Shown: positions 1 to 12,089 of the stretch, in pieces | How the letters are laid out: each line of letters starts with the position of its first letter | Position numbering within the stretch: the stretch's first letter is position 1 | Origin: Octopus sinensis | Taxonomy: Eukaryota | Direction: 5' to 3' | DNA: 64,000 nt | Assembly (NCBI RefSeq): GCF_006345805.1 | Contig: NC_042997.1 | Location: 119,288,001 to 119,352,000 of the forward strand | Notes under the pieces: generated by a model | What the model saw: only the letters and a program-made list of their open reading frames with translations | What the model was told of the DNA's origin: nothing | The model's database searches: none | Made by a program: the position numbers and the translations under genes

Positions 1-1459
1 TTAGGCCATCACGAAGCACAACCGACATGATCTTCACGCTGCGACAGCCACAAGAAAAATGTCGTGAGCAACACCAACCGCTCTACTTGGCCTTTATCGA
101 CCTATCCAAAGCCTTTGATCGTGTCTCGCGAGAGCTCCTCTGGGATATTCTCGCCCAGGATGGATGCCCAGATAAGTTCATCCGGATCCTCAAACTCCTC
201 CACGACAATATGCACGCCAGAGTCCAGACCGACGGAGGCAGTTCTGAGCCCTTTAAAGTCACCTCCGGAGTGAAGCAAGGCTGCGTGATAGCGCCAACTC
301 TCTTTACCATCTTTATCGCGACAGTGTTGCACATCATACGAGATGACCTTCCACCTGGCATCGAGATCTCGTACAGAATGGACGGCAAGCTTTTCAACCT
401 CGCTCGCCTCAAAAGTACGTCAAAGACAATGGTGCGAAGCTTGCTAGATTTCCAATATGCCGACGACAGTAGTGTAGCAGCTCACAGAGAGGATCACCGC
501 CAACAGATCCTAAATGCTTTTCATCATGCATATACTAAACTTGGACTGAGAATCAACATCAAGAAGACTCGCTTACTCTACAAACCTCCCCCCAATGCCC
601 TTGTTGACGACCCGCCATCGATTCAACTCGAAGGAAATCCACTGGAAAATGTGAACCACTTCTGCTACCTTGGGAGCCATCTGTCAGCAAAGGTAGACCT
701 CAGCGATGAAATCCAACACCGTCTGAAGTGTGCAGGAACAGCTTTCGCCAAGCTTCGAACAAGAGTTTTTGCTGATCGGGACATCCGAACCGAAACCAAA
801 CTCATGGTGTACAGGGCAGTCATTATTCCAACCCTCCTTTACGCATCCGAAACCTGGACCCCGTATAGTCACCACTTGAAAACGCTCGAGAAATTTCACC
901 AACGCTGTCTTCGGAAGATCCTCAACATCAGCTGGGAAGACAGAAGAACTAACGTCAGCGTGTTACAAGAAGCAAAAATGACCAGCATCAAAGTCTATGT
1001 CATCAAAGGCCAACTAAGATGGAGCGGCCACGTGGTTAGAATGACTGACGAACGACTTCCCAAACAGATCTTCTACTCCCAACTCAAAGACGGCAAGCGT
1101 ACAAAAGGAGGCCAGATGAAACGCTACAAGGACTCCCTGAAATCGAACCTCAAAAAGTGTGACATTGACTTCACCAACTGGGAGGAAACGGCAAAAAACA
1201 GACCACTCTGGAAAACCACCATCCATGAGGGAACGGCGAAATTCGAGTCGAAAAGGTCTGCAGAGCTGGAGGAGAAAAGACGACGACGGAAGGAGCGCCA
1301 CCAACAACCACGTGCGACTCTCCCTTCCGGCACTAGATGTCCGCACTGTGACCGATCTTTTCGAGCAAGAATTGGTCTTATCAGTCACCTGCGGACTCAC
1401 CAATAAATTTGCGCGAAGACCATCATCCTCGACCTTGAGGGATTGCCATAGTAGTTGTA

Positions 1460-1461
<2 letters not shown>
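1..1461 (+). mobile_element. RTE-clade LINE 3' portion with short 3' UTR and (TAG)-like tail
   Basis: The RT ORF is followed by an approximately 40-nt UTR and the tail tagtagttgtagtg (1448-1461), then (TA)n. Confidence 0.85.
3..1406 (+). CDS. RTE-clade non-LTR retrotransposon reverse transcriptase, C-terminal part, ending in a C2H2-like zinc finger; 5' part lies outside the window
   Basis: The frame is open from position 3 ([15 protein letters not shown]) to the stop at 1406. RT motifs: [35 protein letters not shown]; also [11 protein letters not shown]-terminus is [21 protein letters not shown]. Confidence 0.92.
   Translation, partial: RPSRSTTDMIFTLRQPQEKCREQHQPLYLAFIDLSKAFDRVSRELLWDILAQDGCPDKFIRILKLLHDNMHARVQTDGGSSEPFKVTSGVKQGCVIAPTLFTIFIATVLHIIRDDLPPGIEISYRMDGKLFNLARLKSTSKTMVRSLLDFQYADDSSVAAHREDHRQQILNAFHHAYTKLGLRINIKKTRLLYKPPPNALVDDPPSIQLEGNPLENVNHFCYLGSHLSAKVDLSDEIQHRLKCAGTAFAKLRTRVFADRDIRTETKLMVYRAVIIPTLLYASETWTPYSHHLKTLEKFHQRCLRKILNISWEDRRTNVSVLQEAKMTSIKVYVIKGQLRWSGHVVRMTDERLPKQIFYSQLKDGKRTKGGQMKRYKDSLKSNLKKCDIDFTNWEETAKNRPLWKTTIHEGTAKFESKRSAELEEKRRRRKERHQQPRATLPSGTRCPHCDRSFRARIGLISHLRTHQ

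Positions 1462-1527
<66 letters not shown>
1462..1527. repeat. (TA)n microsatellite
   Basis: Directly visible. It is one of many TA tracts (also about 6555-6615, 24778-24870, 36548-36770, 37660-37850, 45300-45480, 60230-60310). Confidence 0.97.
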
Positions 1528-1532
<5 letters not shown>

Positions 1533-1679
1533 CATATGAAATTATATACCTTAATATACATACGTAGATGCATCGGTGTATATTTATAGTTATGTACGTA
1601 TATAAACATATTGCATATGAATGCACATGTGTGTGCGTGTGTGTGAGTGTGAGTGTGTGTATGTCCCAAGTATCAATTT

Positions 1680-2015
1680 GTTACCTTTTCCCAGTCATGA
1701 GACTGCAGTTATTATGGGGCTCTGCTGGGAAAGTTCTAATCGAAAAAATCGACCCTGGTACGTATTATTTTACACCTGGTTCTTATTCTAACGGTGTCTT
1801 TTTGCCGACTCGCTAAGTTACGAGGACCTAAGATACCTACACCGTTTCTCAAGCCATGGAGGATGTTAAGTTCAAACACACATGCACACACGCACAAAGG
1901 TACGTGCATACAGACACACACACGCACACTCCTATAACTGGCTTCTTTCCTTTTTCGTCTTCCCAATGCTAACAAGGCTGTGGTCGTCCTGGGGCTATAG
2001 GAGAAGACCTTTGGC
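1680..2015 (-). mobile_element. Degenerate tRNA-derived SINE (same family as 30103-30555 and 60338-60756)
   Basis: Recognisable motifs cagtcatgagactgc, atcgaccctgg, tttgccgactcgctaagttacg, aaggctgtggtcg..ggggctatagga, which match the reverse complement of the cleaner copies. Confidence 0.6.
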
Positions 2016-3625
2016 ATTTGTGTATGTATATCTGTATCCAAGTGTTATTCTTTCGTATTTATTCTTTGATATCTGGTCGTTGCTAGATCATACATTTTCG
2101 GTGTTGAAGTAGCTTTCTCTTCTGTCAAAAGCCGAAAGTGATCTTTAACATTGCTAAATTATAGACACGGGGATTAGCCTCACTCCAGTTGCAGTTCTCA
2201 ACGTTAGGACTATTAAATTCCTCCAACGAAACCCTTTAATTTATTTGCAGGAAAATCAACTTATTCTTCCATGATATATAGCGAAATGCTTTCAAGCAAT
2301 AACTGGCTTCTCTCTTCTGGTAGACCTCTCTTTTAATCCATAAAGTTAACCAGAGGTTGCCAACGCACAGTTAGGCGTTAATCAGATGTATTCAAATAGT
2401 ATTTATCAATGTTGTTCAACATTATATTTGAAGATGTATCTTTCTACACTTATGTTAAAAATAGCTCTATTGTTAGCAGAATTGTTTGAAAAATGTTTTA
2501 AAATATCAAGATTAGTTTTAAGATATCAAGAATTTATGGATGTAGTAGTAACACATGTGTTTCTATTTTCAGACAAAATATATTTTTCATTACATGTTCA
2601 CAAAAATTACAGCACTTCAAAACATTAAATTAATTTATTTATACAAGGCAATTTATAACTACAATTCATGTGCTTATTTTAAATTTTAGCGTAATTTTCT
2701 ATCTTCGGTATATTGTATAAGCACAATTCGTCTCAGTTTGACATGAAAACTGTGTTCTCATCTGTCGACTATTCTTTCTAGAAACGTCAGTGAGACTAAA
2801 ACTGGTCTTTCATACACTTCGAATGGGAGCTTCGAGTGAAGTGAAACATTGGGAGCTGTCTCAAAAATACCATTTAATATTTAGCAAACTAATATAGGAT
2901 GACCTGAGCAACGTAAGGAACAATAAACCTCCACTGACTGGCGTGAATAAGCTTCTAAAAGTTCTGAATGTTCCAGTGATTTTATCATTCTTTTTTCGTC
3001 CTGCAACAGTTCGAGTACGTTGTCTTCCACTTCACTTCCGGCAATGCGCGACACCAGCACAATATTATAGTCCACTCATACTAACACGGCACTGTCCTGA
3101 CCCACATCGGGTTTGGGATATTTCAAAGACTCCAACTCCCATTATTATGGCTCCAGCGACAAAACATTTTCTAAGAATAAGTCTTTATTAAAAACTAACA
3201 GATGCTTCTAAATTTCCTTTTTCTGCACATTTCCAGATGTCATCTGCCGTTGATGATGGCTGTCGTAAGTAACCTTAAATAAAGTTAGAGTAACATATCC
3301 CAAAATAAGTATCTTCCGCTGATTATAATCGGGATTGAACTGAGCACTCCTATTTTATGCACCAGTATATACGCCTAATTATAATTATCCACATACACTT
3401 TTAGTAACCAGCGATTGAGAGTTCCGTATTTAACTCAGGGGTCTGTCTAAACTACCGTAATTTAAAACGTTTTAATCTCTTAAAAAAATACTTCTTAATG
3501 CATTCATATCGTTTTACCCAACCATATTTTCGTTTACATTTTGCATCATAATTGCATTCCCTTCGCAATAATATAGAAGGCTGTTGCAAAATTTCTTTAT
3601 TCAATATTATTTGAATGATGACAAA

Positions 3626-4313
3626 CTGACTTATTTTATTCTTCGGTTGAAATAATCTCAACTTTACCAGAGCTTGTATAATTAGTTGTTCTGACACTGG
3701 TGTAGTAATTTCTCAGATCTCTTAACTTTCCTTCTCTAAAACAAGTTAGAATTTTACTATTTCTTTCTTCTCGATTGTTAAGTTTAAATCAATCTTCAAT
3801 TTCTAAATTTGGTAGCGTAGCTTATCAGTTGTAGAATGTTAAGTTCAGTGCATTACTCTTCCACCGTACTGTTTTGAAAGAAATCACAGAAGGATATAAT
3901 CTGAAGAGGACAAATTTAAACTGTTATCGCTCGAATTATGTTAGAAACAAAATTTGAACATGGATACAGATGTTTTATTTATGAAAACTAGCAGTGGATA
4001 TAATTATGAGGAATATATTTTGGGTTAGCTAATTTCATAATCTTGGGTATAAATTGGAGTAAGTCGAAAAATTCGGGTGTTTAAATAGGCTATCATATAT
4101 GCAGCCTTATACAGTTCTATATTTAAGAGATCAGGAATTACGTACGTCATTACATTATTTACATTATTTACAATTGACGGATATCATCTGCCGTTGATTT
4201 TAAAGAAGGAAAGTTAACAGGTTTAAGAAATTACTACAGCAGTGTCAGAACAACTAAATATACAAGTTCTGGTAAAGTTGAGAATATTTCAGACGAAGAA
4301 TAAAATAAGTCAG
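3626..4313. repeat. Inverted repeat of about 115 bp (arms 3626-3741 and 4198-4313)
   Basis: ctgacttattttattcttc...ctttccttctctaaaa is the reverse complement of ttttaaagaaggaaag...gaagaataaaataagtcag. The ORF track also shows near-identical peptides on opposite strands (MSEQLIIQALVKLRLFQPKNKISQ vs MSEQLNIQVLVKLRIFQTKNKISQ). Confidence 0.85.
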
Positions 4314-4396
4314 GTTTTGCACCACGGGCATATGACATTGTGGTTAAAAGCGCCGGCTACTAAACCCAAGATTCCGAGTTCGATTCCAGGCAGTGA

Positions 4397-4469
<73 letters not shown>

Positions 4470-4630
4470 AACAACAACAACATAAAAAATACCATAGGAA
4501 TGAGAACCCAGGTTCAAAATTTCACCAAGACACCTGAAGAAGGCTGGAGGGTATATCAGTCGAAACGCTGTGTGAACAACAAACAAGATGAGGACAAATA
4601 TCCGTCGAATGTAAATAATGTAAATAATAT
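4148..4630 (+). mobile_element. Composite non-autonomous element: tRNA-like segment, (AAT)n, PLE-type pseudo-LTR end with degenerate hammerhead, and 31-bp terminal inverted repeat
   Basis: A-box-like tgtggttaaaagc at about 4339 and B-box gagttcgattcc at 4376-4387. (AAT)n spans 4401-4463. CTGAAGA (4534-4540)...GAAAC (4562-4566). 4154-4184 is the reverse complement of 4598-4628 (29/31 match by eye). Confidence 0.65.
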
Positions 4631-5133
4631 GCTGCCTTATGTTTGGTATGACGAGACGTTTATGCGTGTCGCTAAACACGTATCAAGTTTCCAGCAAGCG
4701 AGTCTTTGACTATTTATATTGCCGGACTGTTTGAATTACCGGGGCTACTAACGTGCAGATCACGAATTTATATTCATATTCCCAACAGAATTTCAAGTAC
4801 ATAAATTCTCCAGCCTGATAAGCTTTGAGAATTGTCCAAGGTCGTGTTAGCATATTTGTAGAATCTAGGCAATAACTAACAGATACGTGGAACTGCCTCA
4901 CGAGGTGTTCAAAATATTCAGACAGTTCCTCCATTATCTAATCAGACATTCCCTATTTAAGCGTCCATTATGAATTTGAATTCACTTAACATCACTAATA
5001 ATATCTTCATTATTATATCATACTTTTAATTTTATTGGATTTCAGCTGATTTATTTTTTATGGATATACCCTGGCACTTATTCCCAACTCATGGCCTTAA
5101 ATCCGTTAAGACAATTTGTTTCGTTACTTTGTA

Positions 5134-5366
5134 CAGAGCTGACCAGAGGTCACCCAACAGTAAATCAAAAATCCATAAATATGATCTGTAATTCTGTATT
5201 GACTCGAATGGAAAGATATGTCGCTCAAGAAAGTACTTAGTTTGAAAAATTTTCATGATATTTCATATTTAGATGCTTTTATTAAATTCATTCAATTGTT
5301 AAACATAAATATATCTAGGAATTAAATGGTTTTGATTTATTGTCAGGTGACATTTGGTCAACCCTG
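5134..5366. mobile_element. Tc1/mariner-type MITE (233 bp) with TA target-site duplication
   Basis: Left end TA|cagagctgaccagaggtcacccaacagtaaatcaaaa; reverse complement of right end TA|cagggttgaccaaatgtcacctgacaataaatcaaaa. This is an imperfect TIR of about 37 bp, with TA at 5132-33 and 5367-68 and no internal ORF. Confidence 0.8.
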
Positions 5367-5556
5367 TATTTGGCAATCGTAGTTTTAACTAGAGAAGTCG
5401 TGTCTTCGTTAGTTCTAAACTAGATTCACATTCAAGGTTTCATGATATTTATCTGTATTTTAAATTCATTGATCAAAGAAACAAGTATTCTACATTGAAT
5501 ACATTTTTTTATTATACAAAAGGCAAAATTGAAGTTACGATATACATTGAATGTAC

Positions 5557-5763
5557 ATGTATGTATGTATGTATGTATGTATGTATGTATGTATGTATGT
5601 ATGCATGTATGTATGTATGTATGTATGTATGCATGCATGCATGTATGTATGTATCTATCTATCTATCTATCTGTCTATGTATGTATGTATGTATGTATGT
5701 ATGTATCTATCTATCTGTCTGTCTAGCTAGCTATCTGTCTATCTATCTATCTATCTATTTATC

Positions 5764-5809
<46 letters not shown>

Positions 5810-5845
5810 GCTAGCTAGCTAGCTAGCTAGCTAACTAACTAGCTA
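5557..5845. repeat. Compound (TATG)n/(TATC)n/(TAGC)n microsatellite
   Basis: Directly visible. Similar tracts at 10918-11030, 21782-22000, 31943-32118. Confidence 0.95.
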
Positions 5846-5950
5846 TCTCTCTGTATACACACACACAAATTTCTATATATATATATATAGAACAATCTTA
5901 CTTAGAAGTGGATGCGTGCATTCCGTCATATAATGAATTAAAAAATAAGA

Positions 5951-6554
5951 CATATGCATATATACATACATATATGTTCGTACCTACCTCTACATGTATA
6001 TATACACACATATATGGGTACAGGACACAAAAAATTATCGAACTGGCCTGATTTCCTTGAAGTGTGGACGGCATTTTCTGCTGCTCCTTCGCTGTTCTCA
6101 AAAATAGCATTCGTAATACTTTTTCTCGTTCGGCTTAACATCCCTTCTTGTCTTGTTATTCTCCTTGTCCTGTCTTTTACTGTTTATATTTTGTACTGTC
6201 GTTAGTGTCCTGTTTTTGTTACCATTTTTACCCCTCCGCAAAAAGATCTCAAATTTTATTTAATTTTTTTTCGCGGGAAGGAAAGTTTCTTCAAAAATGC
6301 GTATCGCCTTCACCTTCGAAACGCAGAGTAGATGAAACTATGGCGACTGAAGAAGGGGAATTTTCCTTGTGTTATTTGTCCTGTACTCTATTTTTCGTTG
6401 TTTAAGAAAAATGTCCAGTTCCTTGGTTTTGTGTTTATGTTTTCGTTTCTCATTGTGTTCGACGTATTTTTGGTGTCCTGTACCCATATATGCGTGTATA
6501 TATACATGTAGAGGTAGGTACGTACATATATGTATATATGTATATATGCATATG
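5951..6554. mobile_element. Non-coding element with about 95-bp terminal inverted repeats; probable PLE pseudo-LTR fragment
   Basis: 5951-6043 is the reverse complement of 6457-6554 (catatgcatatatacata...tacctacctctacatgtatatatacac.catatatgggtacaggacac). An internal GAAAC and CTGAAGA pair lies at 6317-6352. Confidence 0.7.
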
Positions 6555-6558
6555 TTAT

Positions 6559-6618
<60 letters not shown>

Positions 6619-6759
6619 GTAATGTATTTGATTATTATGTCATGCATAAACAAGAGGTAAATGACCTTTGAGAATCTTCCTATAACCAATCATTGTCAAA
6701 AATATTTTGTGTTTATATTTCCCCTAGGCATGAGTTCAGTGAGCAAATATACGATTATA

Positions 6760-9170
6760 CCTTACATATATCAACGGCAATGAGCTATAAATGCATAGAA
6801 ATCTGTTTTGGTCCAAATTTAGATAACTTCAAGTCATAAAAACGATGCTTATAATCAATATATTATACATTATAAACCTCATAAACATTGTAGTGCTAGA
6901 TTTATTAGTAAATAGTAAACCTACTTCAAAATTGTTGGAGAATAAAATGTTACATTTGTAACCTCAACCGCTGTATTGTCGTGTCTTTGTCAAAAGCAGT
7001 ACCAAAATCAATGTAGAGTATTCGTTGGCAAAATTTCAAGATACGACGCTAAAATTCTACATAATCTACTTTACTGAATTCTAAGACAATGGAAATTACA
7101 TACCTTATTTATCGTTTCCTTATATGCACACACTGATTAGATTTCCTTCTAAGAATTTTCTTTGGGTTTATAAACTTATATATATTCATTGAACATTTTC
7201 TGTTATAAACTCCAAGCATTTTCATCTGGTTCAATCTTCTATTACTTAATTAATTCAGATTCACATTTGCCAGCATAATGATAACTTCAAAGTGGTATAA
7301 AGCTGGAAACTTGAATGAAATGAATAATTTCTTCCCCTAAACCCAAAATAAATTTGCTCTCATCTGCTTCCTGTTTGTTATCTAGCTAATTTACAATTGC
7401 GCAAATTTTCTATGTTAATTTACTTTAAAATATAAAATAATACACTAATTCGTTCCAACATGCTATTTTGTCGCTTAGGTGTTGGTTTTGATCCGTAAGG
7501 AAAAGCTGGGATTATGAAATGCTCACAAATTCATCTGTTATGGGTTAGGAGCATTTTGGAGCAAACCATTAAATTGCAAGCTAAGAGTAAGTCTTTCTTT
7601 TCTTCTTAAGTGGTGTTGTTTTAAAATATTTGAAGTTGTAATTTTCCTGATTTAAAAGAATCCTTTTTAACATTGATATCAGATACTCAAAAATTATATA
7701 ACTTTCTATAAACTTTCTCTGTTGTATATTTAATTTTTCATCCTTGTTCCAGCTTTAATATTTAATACTTCTAAGAGAGTTTGAAGTTCTTTCGGATCCT
7801 CTTTCACACCTAATGTTTTTGCACAAGATATATTGTCTACCAAATGCAAGATGATCGATACTAGCTTGTGAATTTATCAGTGTTTAATAACTTTGTTTCA
7901 TTATGAATAAACTATAACATTTCCCACTACCCTCTCATCAACAAATCTGACCTTGAATTGTAATAAAATCAGCGAATTCAAGTGTTTAGAACGTACGTGG
8001 AGGGACATACAAGGGATTCGGTTAAAAAGAAAAGAAAGCATCTTGGAGGCTTTTCTTCCTTTACTACAGGACATTTTCCAGGAATACATCTCAGAATGGC
8101 AATGTATGATTTAAGTATGTAATGTACTCCAGTACAGTGAATAATTAATGTATCCTGTAGTATTCGAGTAAAGATATGGATGGTAATTAAAAAAAGAGCA
8201 GAATATTGTTTGGTTGGATTTCAATGTGAATAAATGTAATTCATCTTCAGAAATATGGTGAGATGTTTTAGAAAATTTTGAGATGAACTGAGTTTTTTTT
8301 TACCATTTCCTTTAACCAATATTGTATTTGATCACATTTATACAACGTGATTCCGTTCCATTTAAATGTTCTTAAAATTCGGCTTGCAGTTGATAATAGT
8401 TAATGTTGAGATCTTACTTCAGGATTCATTACAAGTGATTCTTGCAAATTGCCACATAAAGACAACTGCAACATTTTATTCTCTTATTTTATTCTCTTCA
8501 TATCATCTTCAATTTCTGTGGAAATCAGTAGGGTACAAATGAAGTTATCAACAACCTCAGAAAAAGTTTTATCGACGTTGTGTAACTAAAATATTCTGAA
8601 CAAACAGCAGTGAAGAACTACCAATAAAATTGAATGTGAGGAATTATATAACACACTTGATATATAATTAAATCCCTAAACAAAAATATATATATTTATA
8701 GACCTACACATGCTGCAAGTCTTCCTCCTTATTAATAGATATACGCAATATATTGGTATCCCTTGATCTATAACCACATTTCACGTTAAGGAAATAAAAT
8801 GTACAACATTTGTTCATATAAGCATAAGATCGTGAATATAACGTCTTCATTATCATATTGATATCACTTGGATTCAGATCAGCAAATTAAAATTGAGATC
8901 AGTTCTCATACAGCTGACGTCGAACGATCTGAAATTTGGCATTATATAACACATTCTACAAAAACAAATGATGATATGAAATCAGAACTAGTCATAATAT
9001 AAGATATGTTAATATTTATGTCTATATACTATGCTAGTAAATGTCGTATAATATATATCCATAAAATCTTAACAACTAACATTATGGCTTCCGTACATTG
9101 ATATGATTGGGTTCTCGCCTTGTCTTCGTCTTAGTGTTGTCATACAGAACATTAATTCACAGTAGTGGGT
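6760..9170 (+). pseudogene. Possible highly decayed LRR-(TM)-TIR (Toll-like receptor-like) gene relic
   Basis: Stop- and frameshift-interrupted plus-strand peptides with LRR spacing: RLYLTYINGNEL, NIVVLDLLVN, HNLLY*ILRQWKL, FNIDIRYSKII, TNLTLNCNKISEF (open 7911 to about 8110). LRRCT-like DNS*C*DL at about 8395. TIR-like EYNVFII/HIDITWIQ and YYASKCRIIYI at about 8830-9060. The domain order is as in TLRs, but each match is weak. Confidence 0.33.
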
Positions 9171-9385
9171 GGTTGTTGTGAAATAAGGAAAAGTACTAAC
9201 TGTACTGCGACTTATTTCAACAGTTAATTGCTACTAATGAATATTATATATAATTTCAGCTTGACAGAATATAGCGATAGACTTATTTTGATAATCCGTT
9301 CCATATACGGATGCGGTGCGTAAGTGGTTCAAATCCCGTGGGAATAAATCTTTTCTCTTTCGAATTTCTATACGGGCGCGTGTAA

Positions 9386-9714
9386 TACTCTTTTACACGT
9401 TTCAGTCATTTGACTGCAGCCATCCTGAAGCACCGAAGAAATCGACCATAGGACTTATTCTTTCTAAGCTTAGTACTTATTATATCGGTCTCCTTTGCCG
9501 AACCTCTACGTTTTGGGGACATAAACACACCAACATCTTTTGTCAGGCGATGGTGGGAGCAAGAGACAGACACAGACACAGTTTTCGATTACCAAATCCA
9601 CTCACAAGTCTTTCGTCGGCCCGAGGTTTCAGTAGAAGACACTTGCCCAAGGTTTCAAGCAGTGGTAGTGAACACGGGACCATGTGGTTGCGAAGCAAGC
9701 TTCTTACCACACAG
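9386..9714 (-). mobile_element. tRNA-derived SINE
   Basis: Reads tttcagtcatttgactgcagccat...ccaaatccactcacaag...gaagacacttgcccaagg...cttcttaccacacag, the reverse complement of the 60338 family. Confidence 0.85.
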
Positions 9715-9979
9715 TTAAATGGATGATGTTGCTCTCAGTGCGTATGTATAGACTCTCGCGTTGAGAAAAGTGGTACAATTTTTAGTCTCATGTTTTTATG
9801 AATTTTACTTTATTTACTTTTGGCAAATTTATTATAAACCTGTGAGATATACATTTAGATTGAGGTGGATAGTTATTGAAGATTCGGTAGTATTTTCGTG
9901 AGGGGTTGTATAAGTTTATTGCTCATTTAGTAAGCTACGAACTTCTTACATTCTTTCAATTTCCTGTAATTCAGAGCGT

Positions 9980-10700
9980 CTCATGGTCCCAGGAGAGAGA
10001 ATGGAAAAGATGTTGCTCTGGAGGGTGGCAAGAAAGAAGCCCTGAAAGAACAATTCTGAATCACGGGGCCCACATTTCCGGATAGGTATATCGGCCTCGT
10101 TAGAGGTGAGGGGGTGGAAGATCCGAGGCCGAGAAGGCCGGAGGTCCCCACTGCCACAGATGCGACCATAGACCTGCTAGACGGTGATCCATATTTTGAC
10201 AGATTGCTCTGTACAGCCTGGCGAGCTGCAGAGCCTGGGCTGTCATACAGTCAGGCCTTTTGCTGCCGCCTTGGTCTATCCACGCTGGCGCGAGCTGGAA
10301 GGTGAAGCCCTTGGCGTTGAGACCATGCTTTACGATTTTATTTTGCGTGGTTTTTGTTGGAAGGCGGCCAGCACTGTTGCGACATGACAATGCGGGGGAA
10401 TACAAAAGAATCCCCAATGGACCCGCAGAGACATTCATGAGGCTAGTAGATCTGGAGACTGATGTGCGAAATCACCATCAAGCTGAGTGCCGAGCGCAAG
10501 TAATGGCAGCGCATCAAACTAGATTACGCTGTTTCGGGGACTGAGGGGAAACATGCCAGACTGTACTGGTCACTGACTCGTCCGATAGCTTGTTATACTG
10601 TAATCCCATTTCTTTTGAGACCACCGGCCGTCCACAGGTGGGGGACCGACGGGAAGAAAGGCTGTAGTACCAGTGAAACTAGAGTTCGAAGGCCGAGACC
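9980..10700 (+). other. GC-rich island with a frameshifted coding-like relic of unknown identity
   Basis: GC content is visibly much higher than in the flanks. Three overlapping frames can be stitched into about 150 aa (VEDPRPRRPEVP...LDGDPYFDRLLCTAWRAAEPGLSYSQAF/AAALVYPRWRELEGEALGVETMLYDFILRGF/LLRHDNAGEYKRIPNGP...RLRCFGD). Confidence 0.3.
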
Positions 10701-10918
10701 GCCATATTTGAGGGTTGAGGTGATCTATTGCTATACAGTGTTTTCAAACCAAACGTTTGAGTCGTGAGTTGACGTTCAAGACCTCTGACTCGGACGAATT
10801 TATCTCGAGGCCGATTCGTGCTACAGAAGGAACAATTAATGGAGATTGTGTCAGACATTCTACCAGTCCACCTATCGCTGCATCGTCCAGGCATCAGACG
10901 TTGAAAGGAGCTATGATA

Positions 10919-11024
<106 letters not shown>

Positions 11025-12039
11025 ATATATATATATACCTTTTACCAACTTTCTCTTTGGGAAAAAGGAAAAGTTGGTTTCACCAAACACTTCGACAGCA
11101 TTCCCAAAATCCGGAATGATGACAAGTTCCCTCTGTTCTCTACAATCAAACAGAGGAATGACTGGAAGCGAATAGATTACAGTTACTATCTATAAAAAGG
11201 TAGTGTGCAAGAAAGCGACATTCTTGGAGAAGCTGTCAGTTCCGATGGGCCTTGGAATTTCCAGAATCCCTTCACCTAGGATTTCCCATCAGCTCTACAA
11301 TTATGAAGATAATGGCAGAGGAATCAGTACAGAATTTGTGCTGTGCTACAAAAAAAACTGTTTTTACATGCACTCCTTGAATGACGGAGCACTGTTAACT
11401 CATGAAGTTCCGTCAAGTTCAAGTAGTAGAATGTGGACACATACGGTATTCTTCCAAATCAAACGTTAGTATTGCCTCTTAGTATTCCTTTAATCTTACA
11501 AGGAAAGCAGCTTTATTCTCACTCTCTTATGCCTGAAACAAAAGATGTGTACGGAAGTTCTTTAAGTTTCATTCGGAAAGGAGATTACGAGAGGGAAGAA
11601 GGTGCTCTCCTCAAACGAATCTACTGAAAACAGTTAAATATTGCGAAAATGGCATGGATATATATCTAAGTATACCCCTATGAATCGGAGACATCTGTTG
11701 GAGATGCCGACCTGCGTTTCATGTTTAAGGTGATCTTCGATCACTGTAGATCAATATTTGAACCTTCATGGTTGCTATACAGCAACAGAATATATTGATC
11801 GTTTAATATGTTCTAAGCATATATATTTACATTCCATCGTTGATATTTACTCCTTTGATTTTATAAGTTAATCCCTATAACTCGTGCCTATCTATCTAGC
11901 GTTCTCTTTCTTGTTTGTAACATTACTACTACTACTACTGTTGGTGATGCTGCTGATAACAACAACAACAACAACAACAATAATGATGATGATGATGATG
12001 ATGATGATGATAATAATAATGATGATAATAATAATAATG

Positions 12040-12084
<45 letters not shown>

Positions 12085-12089
12085 GTAAT

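Noticed and set aside
2165-2400. Tc1/mariner catalytic-region relic on the minus strand (NVENCNWSEANPR)
   Set aside because: A single short motif with no supporting DDE residues or TIRs.
4326-4399. Genuine tRNA gene
   Set aside because: It has A/B boxes but no convincing acceptor stem or T-run terminator, and it is embedded in a repeat. Treated as SINE-like.
7480-7587. Apparent AG...GTAAGT exon
   Set aside because: Stops occur in all three frames.
11050-11720. Coding-like segment with FDSIP word
   Set aside because: No further RT motifs, many stops, and identity not supportable.
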